Source: a virus
Taxonomy: Duplodnaviria; Caudoviricetes
DNA: 64,000 nucleotides
IMG/VR virus record: IMGVR_UViG_3300043078_000170
Reading direction: 5' to 3' (one strand)
Below are positions 41,724 through 51,646 of this stretch, piece by piece. Position 1 is the first letter of the stretch. Every line of letters begins with the position of its first letter. The notes beneath the pieces were generated by a model. That model did no database searches, was not told where the DNA came from, and worked only from the letters and a program-made list of their open reading frames with translations. Both the position numbers and the translations under genes were made by a program.

Positions 41724-43394
41724 TTATAAGAATCCACCGAAATATTTTAAGAATGTTTCGGTTGCTGCTGATGCTTGCTCATAAACAGATTGCTTTGTTT
41801 GATTTATATATTCATTTAATGTAGCAGGCATTGAAGTTCCAGTAGTCGCTGCAGTTTCTAATAATTTTTGAAAATTTGCTGTTCTTACTGCTGTTTTATA
41901 TTCAGAACTATTAGAATATTCTGATCTAGATAAAATCTTTTCAGATTTCTGTTCAACAGTAGTTTCATAAGTTTCTAACTCTTTTTTATATTCATCTTCA
42001 GTTAATTCTCCATTATCATATAATTGCTTTAATGCTTCTTTTTTAGCATTAACTGTATCATCATCTATTTCTAAAGCTTTTTTAGTTTTTTCTACATAAT
42101 CATTATAAACACTTGTGTTACTAGATGTTATAACACCCATTTTTAATTCAGACATAGTTTCAACTGCATTTGATAAAATATTTTGTCTTAGTTGATCCCA
42201 ACTTGATGTTGAATAATTTGAATTAGTTGCTGCTGTTTTAGAATCACCTGTTGATCCTGATTCATTTGCATTATTACTAAAACACATTACTAAAGTACGT
42301 TTAGTAGAATTTTCTGCACTATTAAATGCTGTTTTACTATTAGTAGTATCATAACTTCCTTCACTAGATGTTTTTATTTCTACATGGTCATAATTCTTTT
42401 CAAACATAAAATCTCTTCCATCATTACTAAATGTATAACTATTAGATGAAGAAGAATTAGATGAAGTGCTACTTGAAGAAATAACTGTTGTATCTTCATT
42501 AGGATCATATACATTAAAAGTAGAATAACCATAATTACTTTGTAAAGAGCTTAATGAAGCTGTTGCAGTATCTGAAGAACCATCACTAGATTCTTTTTTG
42601 GTATAATTAAATATATTTGCAGTAGAATTAGATACTGCATTAAAATCATATATAATTTGAGGATTTAATTCTTCTTTATATTGATATGCAAATGTAATTG
42701 TTGTTTCAATAGCATTTCTTGAAGTAATATCACTCAATACTAAACTTGATAAAGGAACATTAGTTGGATATATTCCAGTATATTTAGTAAAATATAAAAC
42801 AGTTCTCATATCAAAGTCTAATAAAAAGAAATAAAGAGAAGATGTAAAATCTAATATACGATTATCTCTAGTTGTTTGTGTTGGTTCGTGTAAACCATAA
42901 CTAGTTACTTCTATATAAGTCATCCATGCATAAAATATTTTAGTAATATCTAAATTTTTAGTTTCTGCAAAGTTAACTGTTAAAGAACTTTCAGCAGTAA
43001 AATTATCAATAGTTGATGCAGGTAATATTTGTTTCCAACCATAATAGTTTTCATAATCTTCAATAGTTTTCATACCAAAGTCTTTTAATGTAATACCTTT
43101 AAATCTATTAGTACATAATTTAATAAAAGGAGATGTAGAGCCTCCTCCTGAATATTGTAGCTGTTTTAATATATATGAATCGGTACTATTTAAATAAGAA
43201 AATAATTGATTAGAGTCTAATAATGTTTCACAACAATCACCATTTTCATAAATATTCATAGAAGGTGTTGTTAAAAAAACTATTGGTAAACCACCCATAA
43301 ATGGTTCAGTGTTTTCTCTTAGTCTATATGGATTAAAATTATTATATATATTAACTTCACCATATTTATTACTTACTATACTTGCAGCATTCAC
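41724..43394 (-). CDS. Tube-fold baseplate/tail initiator protein (gp48/gp54-like) with C-terminal extension
   Basis: FAET..LDITKIF.AW..YI and YTGIYPTNVP...ITFAY tube-like pattern. Confidence 0.5.
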   Translation of the reverse strand: MNAASIVSNKYGEVNIYNNFNPYRLRENTEPFMGGLPIVFLTTPSMNIYENGDCCETLLDSNQLFSYLNSTDSYILKQLQYSGGGSTSPFIKLCTNRFKGITLKDFGMKTIEDYENYYGWKQILPASTIDNFTAESSLTVNFAETKNLDITKIFYAWMTYIEVTSYGLHEPTQTTRDNRILDFTSSLYFFLLDFDMRTVLYFTKYTGIYPTNVPLSSLVLSDITSRNAIETTITFAYQYKEELNPQIIYDFNAVSNSTANIFNYTKKESSDGSSDTATASLSSLQSNYGYSTFNVYDPNEDTTVISSSSTSSNSSSSNSYTFSNDGRDFMFEKNYDHVEIKTSSEGSYDTTNSKTAFNSAENSTKRTLVMCFSNNANESGSTGDSKTAATNSNYSTSSWDQLRQNILSNAVETMSELKMGVITSSNTSVYNDYVEKTKKALEIDDDTVNAKKEALKQLYDNGELTEDEYKKELETYETTVEQKSEKILSRSEYSNSSEYKTAVRTANFQKLLETAATTGTSMPATLNEYINQTKQSVYEQASAATETFLKYFGGFL

Positions 43395-43588
43395 TTTAAT
43401 TCACTTCCTTTATATAAAATTTATATTAGTTTGTTGTATATAGTAAAATTTAATAAATATATATTATTTACATGGAAAAGGAGTTAGACTGCATCCACGT
43501 ATCTCTATAAAAAACTTAATATTGTAGGCTAAACAACGGTCGTGTCTACATGCTCTTTCCTAATATTAAATTTTAGGAGGAGATTATT

Positions 43589-43774
43589 ATGGTTTTTAAA
43601 AATAATAATAAAAAATTTAAATCTACAAATAATAATAACAAGGTTATTGAAGATAAATTTCCATTCCCAGAATGGTGTAATTTATTTCCGAGCAAAAACA
43701 ATTTTAACAAACATCAAAGTAAAAATATCGGAGATGCAATAGCTTGTTTAATATCATTAATTTTGGACCATTAA
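43589..43774 (+). CDS. Small early protein embedded in a structured transcript
   Basis: AGGAGG RBS, TATATTAT at 43460, terminator at 43822-43858. Confidence 0.5.
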   Translation: MVFKNNNKKFKSTNNNNKVIEDKFPFPEWCNLFPSKNNFNKHQSKNIGDAIACLISLILDH

Positions 43775-43898
43775 AAAATTAGTGATAAAAGCCTAATTAT
43801 CTTTTCTAAAGAGTTACGTGGAGGGCAATATTTACTTTTGAATATTGCCCTTTTTTTTAACAACTTTTTATATTTTTATTAGAAAGGAATGATAATTT

Positions 43899-45245
43899 AT
43901 GGCAAGTTTTAACGACTTTATTCAAAGAGCTGCAGGACGTGCAAATAGAAGAGTAAGTGCTGGTAAGACTATTGATATTTATAATGGAAATTCTATTAAA
44001 AAAATGACCAAAGATATGATATTACAATTTCCTATTTTAGTATCACAGAATATTTCTCAAGATACAGTTGCAACTTTAGCTGCAGGATTTGAAGTTGAAA
44101 ATACAATCATGTTAAGATTATTGTTACAGAATGATTTTGGTACTCTAACAAATGGTTCTGGCGATTTAATTTCATCTTTAAGAAAAATTCATACAAATAT
44201 AGAAGGAAATCCAACATTTTTGGAAAGTTTAAAAGAGTCTAATAAATCTCTTTCAATTCCACTTGAGGAAAAGTTTTGTATGTGGTCTTTAAACGAAAGT
44301 ACTTTACCTAAATACTTAAATGAAGATAGTCATTCAGAAGTAGATAACGATGCTAGAAATAATAGAAATATTGATTTAGGTCCTTTAAGTGTTAAAGATA
44401 ATTTACATAGACAAAATAAAACAACTACTGATGTGAAATTTATAGATAATGCTCCATTTAATCCAGATATGTTTAAAAAGGTAAATGATTTACAACCAAC
44501 TTTCGTTAAAATAAAGATTTCAGTTTCAAATTCAACAACAACCGAAAGAGAAGGTGGTTTTGGAGTTAAACTTGGTAAATTTGGTATGAGTAAAGAAGGT
44601 AGTCCTTTAAGTGTTGGTAGCGATTTAAATGTAGGATATGGTAATACAAAAAATATATCAAGAACTTCTTTAGATGAAAAAGAAATTATTTTTGGTGTAA
44701 AGTGTATGGCACATCCATTAAAATCTGAAGATATTATATTTAATATTGGTAATGAATTTAAAAATTCTACTTTATTTAAGTTTGTTAAATGGACCACTGG
44801 TGAGTATGGATTCTTTAAGGGACTTGGAGAAATAGTATTTGACTTTACTAATATGAAAAATACTGGTATTCAAGCTGCTAAAACTTCTAACTATTGGTGG
44901 TATAAACTTAGAAAAATGAAGAATGAAAATAAACAAATTTTCCATTCTTCAACAAGTAATAAAAATGCTCCTATTAAGACATCTACATTAGTTATAACTA
45001 AAGATGAAGTTGATTATATTGCGACAACTTATAGAATTGATTTATCAATGCCTAAATTTGCACAAAAATTAATGAATTCTCTTTATTTATTAAATTTTGC
45101 ATATATTGATGAATCTACAGAAACAGTTTATCTTTATGATGAACCATCTGCTAGTTATACTGTTAAAAAGTTTAATGATTTTAAGAAACAAAAGAAAGCA
45201 ACACCAATTAATATTGATGATATTAAATCATTATTCGGTAGATAA
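43899..45245 (+). CDS. Hypothetical late (probably virion) protein
   Basis: 448 aa ORF, late promoter at 43859-43870. Confidence 0.65.
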   Translation: MASFNDFIQRAAGRANRRVSAGKTIDIYNGNSIKKMTKDMILQFPILVSQNISQDTVATLAAGFEVENTIMLRLLLQNDFGTLTNGSGDLISSLRKIHTNIEGNPTFLESLKESNKSLSIPLEEKFCMWSLNESTLPKYLNEDSHSEVDNDARNNRNIDLGPLSVKDNLHRQNKTTTDVKFIDNAPFNPDMFKKVNDLQPTFVKIKISVSNSTTTEREGGFGVKLGKFGMSKEGSPLSVGSDLNVGYGNTKNISRTSLDEKEIIFGVKCMAHPLKSEDIIFNIGNEFKNSTLFKFVKWTTGEYGFFKGLGEIVFDFTNMKNTGIQAAKTSNYWWYKLRKMKNENKQIFHSSTSNKNAPIKTSTLVITKDEVDYIATTYRIDLSMPKFAQKLMNSLYLLNFAYIDESTETVYLYDEPSASYTVKKFNDFKKQKKATPINIDDIKSLFGR

Positions 45246-45266
45246 TAAAAGAAAGGAGAGTTTAAA

Positions 45267-46442
45267 ATGGCATATATTAATAATATAAATCCAGATAGAT
45301 TTTGTATTGATTATATTTTAACTGAAAATTTTTATGATAAAGATTCTGTATTAATTTCTTCTAATTTTTTAGCAAGTCTTAATGAAGAACAAAAAATGAA
45401 TTTAGCAGATATGATGGGAACAAGTGCGGTTAAAAATTCTGAAAAGAAAATTGAAAAGCTTACTAGAAAAGGTGCTTTTTTTGATTTACCTAAAACCAAA
45501 GGTGATTTTAAAAAATCTAAAGCTTATCCTATTACAAAACAATGTATTTCTATGCTTAAACCTATAATGGATAAAGCAAAGGGTAAAAATACAGTAGAAG
45601 CTGTTACTGCTTTTCAAGCTTGTGATGCAGCAGTTTCTAATCTCGAAAAAAATATAAAGTATTTTGAAAGAGCTTTTAGTACAAATGACTCTGCTAATAT
45701 TTTATGTTATTTAACTATTGCAGCAGCAGTTGTTGAATTTACATCAATTATTTTAATTAATTCTACTTCAATTACTGAAGAAAATATTTTAATTTATAGA
45801 GATCCTCCTAAGAATAGCTTAATAAAAAATATTCTTTACAAGAATATTAATAAATTTAATGATATTTGTAGAAATAATAAATTAAAATTAAATGAAGAAT
45901 TAGAAGCTAAAGTTGAAGAGTATAATATGATTCATCACGAAGCAATCGGAGAAATTGCTACAATTGCTGGTGGTGTTGGTACAAAATTAGCAGGTATGGG
46001 TGCTGCTGTTAGTGCTGGATTAGCTGCTCATCCTGTATTAGCTGCAGGTGTTGGTGTTGGTTTAATTGCTAGTAGTATATTAGCTCTTGTTTATTTAACT
46101 AGAACTCTTATTTGCTATTTCTATTTTAAGAAAATTCAACTTTCTGAAAGCTTAAAATATGTTAGTGGTATGGTTGAAGCTAATGGTTTAGCTGTTAGTA
46201 ATGGCAGTCCTAAAGATAAGAAAGTTGGAACTAAACAATCTAATTTAGCTGTAAAATTAAAGAAGCTTGGTGAAGCCCTCGATAATGATAATAAACAAGC
46301 TCAACATAATACTGTTGCAACATTAAAGAAAGAAGATGCACAAACATCTAGAACTATTGAAGATAAACTTAGTCCTGATAATAGACAGGAAGTTACACCT
46401 AGATCTGATATTGATAACCTTGGCGATAGTTTATTTATATAA
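45267..46442 (+). CDS. Hypothetical virion protein with a long Gly/Ala-rich hydrophobic segment
   Basis: GEIATIAGGVG...GVGVGLIASSILALVYL; AAGGAG RBS. Confidence 0.65.
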   Translation: MAYINNINPDRFCIDYILTENFYDKDSVLISSNFLASLNEEQKMNLADMMGTSAVKNSEKKIEKLTRKGAFFDLPKTKGDFKKSKAYPITKQCISMLKPIMDKAKGKNTVEAVTAFQACDAAVSNLEKNIKYFERAFSTNDSANILCYLTIAAAVVEFTSIILINSTSITEENILIYRDPPKNSLIKNILYKNINKFNDICRNNKLKLNEELEAKVEEYNMIHHEAIGEIATIAGGVGTKLAGMGAAVSAGLAAHPVLAAGVGVGLIASSILALVYLTRTLICYFYFKKIQLSESLKYVSGMVEANGLAVSNGSPKDKKVGTKQSNLAVKLKKLGEALDNDNKQAQHNTVATLKKEDAQTSRTIEDKLSPDNRQEVTPRSDIDNLGDSLFI

Positions 46443-46481
46443 ATTAAAAACCCTTAAGGATTTATTCCTTAAGGGTTTATT

Positions 46482-46937
46482 TTATCTAAAATTTACTATA
46501 GGATATTGATAATAATAATATTTATTATAATCAACATCTGTAATATTTAATTCTTCTAAAATGGTATTAATTAATAATAAATTAACTGGTTTACTACCAA
46601 ATATCATTCTTTTTAAATAAAAGTCATCTTCATCATTATTACAATTGAAAAAATTATTAAGAAATTGATTTAACTTATTTTCCGATAGAATAAAATTATC
46701 TTTTAGATTAAATTTTTCATATCTTTTATAAATATCATAAATCATAATAATAGATCTAGATAAATCTTTTTTAGTTGGAATTGATTTATTAGCATCTGTA
46801 TAATAAAATCTATCTTCATCTAAATTATATTCTAAAGAAATTTCATATGAAATTTCTTTCATTTTAGCTTTTCTAAATAACTTTTTAGGTTGTTCTTCAA
46901 CTTCAGTAATTTTGAATTTTAAAATTGGAATATTCAT
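46482..46937 (-). CDS. Hypothetical protein
   Basis: AGGAGG RBS. Confidence 0.6.
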   Translation of the reverse strand: MNIPILKFKITEVEEQPKKLFRKAKMKEISYEISLEYNLDEDRFYYTDANKSIPTKKDLSRSIIMIYDIYKRYEKFNLKDNFILSENKLNQFLNNFFNCNNDEDDFYLKRMIFGSKPVNLLLINTILEELNITDVDYNKYYYYQYPIVNFR

Positions 46938-47036
46938 CTATCTTTCCTCCTTTATTTATAATAATTATTTATTATTTTTAAAATTTATATTTTTTAACAT
47001 TAGGTTATATTTTTTATTTAGAAAGGAATGATAATT

Positions 47037-47582
47037 ATGATGGCAAGTGAAGTTATGCAAGTAATTAATAATGCTGATAAAATTGGCAATAATGTATTTA
47101 ATTTCTTTGTAAAATTTAAACCATATGAACTATTATTAGTTGAAAAGAAAAAGCCTTTAACTGCTGATGGAAATTCACTTTTAGACAGAGATACTTTAAT
47201 TGAATATATAAATGATCCAACAAAACCTCAATATAATAAGAAAAATTTAATTCCAATATATGATGATATTAAAGCTAGAATGGATTGGAAAGAAGTTTCT
47301 GCTATTTGGCAAACAACTCAAACAATGATTGATTGTGAAAGATATGATCTTACTAATGCCAAATTAGAATCAGAAAACTGTGTTTCTTTTGTTGATAGAA
47401 CAAATGGTGAAAGATTATATATGGCTTCTGATCAGGTTCTTAATATTATGACATATGAATATAAAGAAAAATGTAAAATGGTTAATCCTGAAACTGGAGA
47501 AGTTGAAGAAGTATTAATTAATCAAGGTAATGATTCTCGTGGAACTGAAAAACATAGAACAGCTCTTTGGTATAGAGATTAA
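47037..47582 (+). CDS. Hypothetical late protein
   Basis: Late promoter at 46996-47007; GAAAGGA RBS. Confidence 0.6.
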   Translation: MMASEVMQVINNADKIGNNVFNFFVKFKPYELLLVEKKKPLTADGNSLLDRDTLIEYINDPTKPQYNKKNLIPIYDDIKARMDWKEVSAIWQTTQTMIDCERYDLTNAKLESENCVSFVDRTNGERLYMASDQVLNIMTYEYKEKCKMVNPETGEVEEVLINQGNDSRGTEKHRTALWYRD

Positions 47583-47619
47583 TAAATTCCCTAATGACTA
47601 TAAGTCATTAGGGTTATTT

Positions 47620-48993
47620 TTATATTTGAATTAATTCAATAGCAGATGTTGTATTAAAAGCAGAGGTTTGATTGTTACTATCACTAACTCTGCTAAATCT
47701 AAAATAATATCCATTCATACTATATCTACCATTTAAACTTTCATAATTTTCTGATTCAAATTCAATAACAAATGGTTTAAACCAAGAACTAGGATCTAGT
47801 ATAGCTTCATTTAATAATAATTCTATTTGTCTTGTATAAGCTGATTGTAGCAAATATTCTTTTTCCTTATTAGTATTATTATATTTATTAATATAAGATT
47901 TAACTTTTTCAATACTATTTTCTTCTGTATCAGTATAATCATATTCTCTTACTTGTTCATAATATGCATTATCATCTCTTGAATAAGTATTTACAATAGT
48001 ACCTAAAGCTTCTTTAATATATTGTCTTCTATCTAATATCTTAATTTTATCTGGAGTAATTGTTATATAATTATCATCTCCAATTTTAGCTAATCCACCG
48101 CCAGTATAAGTAGTAAAATCAATACCTTCTTCTAAATTACTAGAAAATGATACATTAACTTTATTAATACCAGTTTCAATATAATAATTCTTAGGCATTA
48201 CAATACTTTGATCAAAACCATAAAACATCTTTAAACCTCTGTCATATACACCATAATATTGGTCAAGATATTCTATAGCATAAAAAATATTTGATGGAGG
48301 AAAAATAATTTGTTTATATTCTCTTATATTATCTGGACTAACTATATAAGTTTTATTATTAAGATTTTCAGTAATTAGTGCTAGCATTTGCATTATATTA
48401 CAATTTCCATAAACACCTGAAAATAAACTTTTATTAGCGTTTAAACATTCTACTGGAATCATCTTTAATTCTATTGGTGCAAATTTAGTATATTGATCAT
48501 TTTGTTCATATAATAATTCATCTGTATTAATAGGTGAACTTTCCTGTTTAACTTTTTTCATATTAAATGACCATAATGTATCATACATATTTGCAGTATC
48601 TACTTCTGTAGTTGCATTATACATTAATTCAAATTTAATTTCTAATTCATCATCAAATTGTATTCTAGGAATATAAGTAATTGGTACATCTAATCTAAGA
48701 GATATTAAAGGAAATACATAATGATCTAAATTTACTTCAACTTGTACTATAGTTGTATAATTTAATAAATCATATACTTCTCCATTTGAAAATATTAAAG
48801 ATAAATTAGGTACATAACTATATCTTTTTGGATAAGAAGACTTTGAAGAAGAAACATCTTCAGTAGCATTTGTATTATAAACTTCTTGATCGGTTGCTAC
48901 ATAATTCATAGAAGCTTTAATATTATCTAATCTATCACTAGTAGTTTTTTCTTTTTCTAATGTTTTTAATATTTTTTCAGTTTCTACACCCAT
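47620..48993 (-). CDS. Putative baseplate hub/tail protein
   Basis: YKQIIFPP...AIEYLDQYYGVY and LNGRY near the C-terminus; baseplate neighbourhood. Confidence 0.45.
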   Translation of the reverse strand: MGVETEKILKTLEKEKTTSDRLDNIKASMNYVATDQEVYNTNATEDVSSSKSSYPKRYSYVPNLSLIFSNGEVYDLLNYTTIVQVEVNLDHYVFPLISLRLDVPITYIPRIQFDDELEIKFELMYNATTEVDTANMYDTLWSFNMKKVKQESSPINTDELLYEQNDQYTKFAPIELKMIPVECLNANKSLFSGVYGNCNIMQMLALITENLNNKTYIVSPDNIREYKQIIFPPSNIFYAIEYLDQYYGVYDRGLKMFYGFDQSIVMPKNYYIETGINKVNVSFSSNLEEGIDFTTYTGGGLAKIGDDNYITITPDKIKILDRRQYIKEALGTIVNTYSRDDNAYYEQVREYDYTDTEENSIEKVKSYINKYNNTNKEKEYLLQSAYTRQIELLLNEAILDPSSWFKPFVIEFESENYESLNGRYSMNGYYFRFSRVSDSNNQTSAFNTTSAIELIQI

Positions 48994-49120
48994 TTATAAA
49001 TCAACTCCTTTTTTATAATAATTTTTTATTATTTTATTTTTTTAATATAAAAAATTAAAATTAACAAAAAATTTATAAATTATATAATATTAATATTAAT
49101 AAGTTAAAAGAGGTGATAAT

Positions 49121-49735
49121 ATGGCTAAATTTGATCAAAGTTATATTGATGCAATTAATAGATCAGCTAAAGGTATTAATTTAAATACAAGTGATTTATA
49201 TCAAATTTATAAAGAAAATAGCACTGAAGAAGCTAATCGAATTATAGAACAAATGGTAAAAGCTAATCAAGAAGCTGTTTTAAGTAATAGTACTAATACT
49301 GAAATTAGAGATATATCATTAAATGTTACCGACTTTAGAAAATTAGAAACTTATATGAATAAAGAAGCTGTAGCTAGAATGATTCAACATATTTTAATCA
49401 CCAAGCAAGGAACTTATCCAAATAATCCAGATTTTGGTGTAGGTATTGAAGATTATTTATTTGAATTGGCTACTACTAGTGTTAAAGCTGAACTACAATC
49501 TGTTATTACAACTCAAATGAATAAATGGTTAAATAATGAATTAGGTAAAACTGATATAACTACAAAACAAGAAATTCAATTTTTAAGATCAAATAATGAT
49601 GCATATGTAACTTTAGCTATTTTTTTCACTGTATATGATACAAATCAAAATGGTAATACAGATGAATATAAAGTTAGTTTATTTTATACTGGTGATTCAT
49701 CAAATAGAAAAGTTATATCCAAGATGGATTTATAA
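49121..49735 (+). CDS. Baseplate wedge/sheath initiator (T4 gp25-like)
   Basis: ILITKQGTYPNNPDFGVGIEDYLFE. Confidence 0.7.
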   Translation: MAKFDQSYIDAINRSAKGINLNTSDLYQIYKENSTEEANRIIEQMVKANQEAVLSNSTNTEIRDISLNVTDFRKLETYMNKEAVARMIQHILITKQGTYPNNPDFGVGIEDYLFELATTSVKAELQSVITTQMNKWLNNELGKTDITTKQEIQFLRSNNDAYVTLAIFFTVYDTNQNGNTDEYKVSLFYTGDSSNRKVISKMDL

Positions 49736-49765
49736 AAAATATATAATTAGAAAGGAATAAATACT

Positions 49766-51037
49766 ATGGCTAAAAAAGTTGCTTTTACACCAGATGATAT
49801 GGTGAATAATGATACTGGTGCTAATCCAGAGATGCTAGCAGCTATGGAACGTGCTAGAAATGAAATGAGTGGAGGTTTAGATCTTAAAGCTCCTTCAACT
49901 AATAATGGTGATTCTTCTTCTACAACTACTAAGAAAAGAAGTACTTCTAAGAAGAATAATACACCTACTAAAAAGGATGGAAGTCTTTCTTCAAGAGAAA
50001 TTATTACACAGAAAGAAAAGGCTAATCCTAGCCCTCTTTATATGAGTGATAGACATGAAGTAGTTACTGATATGAAGGTAAAGATTAATGAATTACTTCC
50101 TAATATGAATATTGATTTAAATAATATTGTAATTTCAGATAGTCTTAATAGCCTTGAAAAGCATACTAACCTTGATTTAGTATTCAATAGTAAGCCTACT
50201 TTCCAAGTAGCTTTACCTCAGAGTTGTTATACTGTTTATATGGAAGCTCTTAAGTATCAAGATATTGATGCTATTACTACTTCTACAATGGATGAATATC
50301 ATACTACATTAAAAATGTATCAGATTATTCATAGTAGAATGCAGGCTACAAGTATTGGTGCAATTAGTTTTGATACTTTCTGTGAATGTACTTCATTCTT
50401 TGATTTACAGAATCTATTTTATGGCTTACATATGCAGACATTCCCAGGAACTACTAATTTTGATTTTAAGTGTATTCATTGTCAGCATTCATTCTCACAA
50501 GCTATTCCAAATGATTCTCTTGTATTTAGTAAAGATGCAAAGATCTTTGAAAGACTTGAAGAAGTTGCTAAGAATGCAGATACACCTGATAAGGTTAAGG
50601 CTGGTTCATTAATTGCAGAACATAAGAGAATTTGTCTTGATCAGTCTAAAACTATTATTGATATTCGTATTCCATCTCTTAAGGATCAGCTTAATATTCT
50701 TAAGTCAACACCTGCTGATAAAATGGAAGAAATGGCTGATGATTTAGCTACATTGTTATTTATTAAGAATGTATTAATTCTTAATGTACCAGAAACTATT
50801 GCTAAGAATTCTCCTGTTTATTATCCAGTGACAGCACAGAATCAGGTTATCAATGTACTTAAGGAATTATCTATTAATGATACAAAGCAGTTAGCAAAGG
50901 CAATTGATGAATGGACCGATAAGTATAAGACTGAATATAGAATTCCAAGCTTTAAGTGTCCAAGTTGTAAGAAAGAACTAGGCAATATGCCAGTTGACAT
51001 GGAAAATGTACTTTTTCGTCTAATGCTCAGCCAATAA
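49766..51037 (+). CDS. Baseplate hub/tail assembly chaperone (T4 gp26-like)
   Basis: FKCIHCQH and FKCPSCKK zinc motifs; IRIPSLKD. Confidence 0.55.
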   Translation: MAKKVAFTPDDMVNNDTGANPEMLAAMERARNEMSGGLDLKAPSTNNGDSSSTTTKKRSTSKKNNTPTKKDGSLSSREIITQKEKANPSPLYMSDRHEVVTDMKVKINELLPNMNIDLNNIVISDSLNSLEKHTNLDLVFNSKPTFQVALPQSCYTVYMEALKYQDIDAITTSTMDEYHTTLKMYQIIHSRMQATSIGAISFDTFCECTSFFDLQNLFYGLHMQTFPGTTNFDFKCIHCQHSFSQAIPNDSLVFSKDAKIFERLEEVAKNADTPDKVKAGSLIAEHKRICLDQSKTIIDIRIPSLKDQLNILKSTPADKMEEMADDLATLLFIKNVLILNVPETIAKNSPVYYPVTAQNQVINVLKELSINDTKQLAKAIDEWTDKYKTEYRIPSFKCPSCKKELGNMPVDMENVLFRLMLSQ

Positions 51038-51234
51038 GTAAAGATATTGTTGGAAATGAAAGAGTTAAAGAACAATACAAAAATAGTGCTACATTTTTAT
51101 TATACTTAGTTGATCTATTTGAAGGAAAGATATCTATAGATCAATTATTAAATATGGAATACTCTTTATTATTAGCTATGAAAGAAGTTAAAGAAAAGAG
51201 TATTGAAGAGAGTAGAAAGAAATCACAGCATTAA
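50998..51234 (+). CDS. Start-less -1 frame ORF, probable frameshift extension of the chaperone
   Basis: 78 open codons overlapping the chaperone end; FLLYLVDLFEGKISIDQLLNMEYSLLL. Confidence 0.45.
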   Translation, partial: HGKCTFSSNAQPISKDIVGNERVKEQYKNSATFLLYLVDLFEGKISIDQLLNMEYSLLLAMKEVKEKSIEESRKKSQH

Positions 51235-51271
51235 TGACTGAGCATATATTTTATAATTTATAGAAAGTTGG

Positions 51272-51634
51272 TTGAATCATATGATTTATTTTTATTATAA
51301 TGATCTTTTACAACCATCTGACCATTTAGATAAAAGTAAATTGGAAATGTTAACTGATTTTGATAAAGACAATTTCATAGAATCGTTAGGTAAAAAATTT
51401 GGATACCAATTTAATTGTCTAATAAATATTTTAAATTTAGAAAATATCCCTTATGATGTTATAAAGGGATTTAATTATATATCAGAAGATAGAGAAATTT
51501 GTAATTTTGAAAAAATATCGTTTGAATTTGATAATTCAAACGATATTAACGATATTATAGATAAATATGGTTTAGATGGTATATTCAATATAGATAAAGA
51601 AAATAATAATTATACATTTATTATAAAACATTAA
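51272..51634 (+). CDS. Hypothetical protein
   Basis: About 120 aa ORF upstream of the chaperonin. Confidence 0.55.
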   Translation: MNHMIYFYYNDLLQPSDHLDKSKLEMLTDFDKDNFIESLGKKFGYQFNCLINILNLENIPYDVIKGFNYISEDREICNFEKISFEFDNSNDINDIIDKYGLDGIFNIDKENNNYTFIIKH

Positions 51635-51646
51635 GGAGCTAATAAT

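Noticed and set aside
43470-43858. tmRNA or RNase P RNA
   Set aside because: No tRNA-like acceptor or T-arm ends and no RNase P P4 consensus
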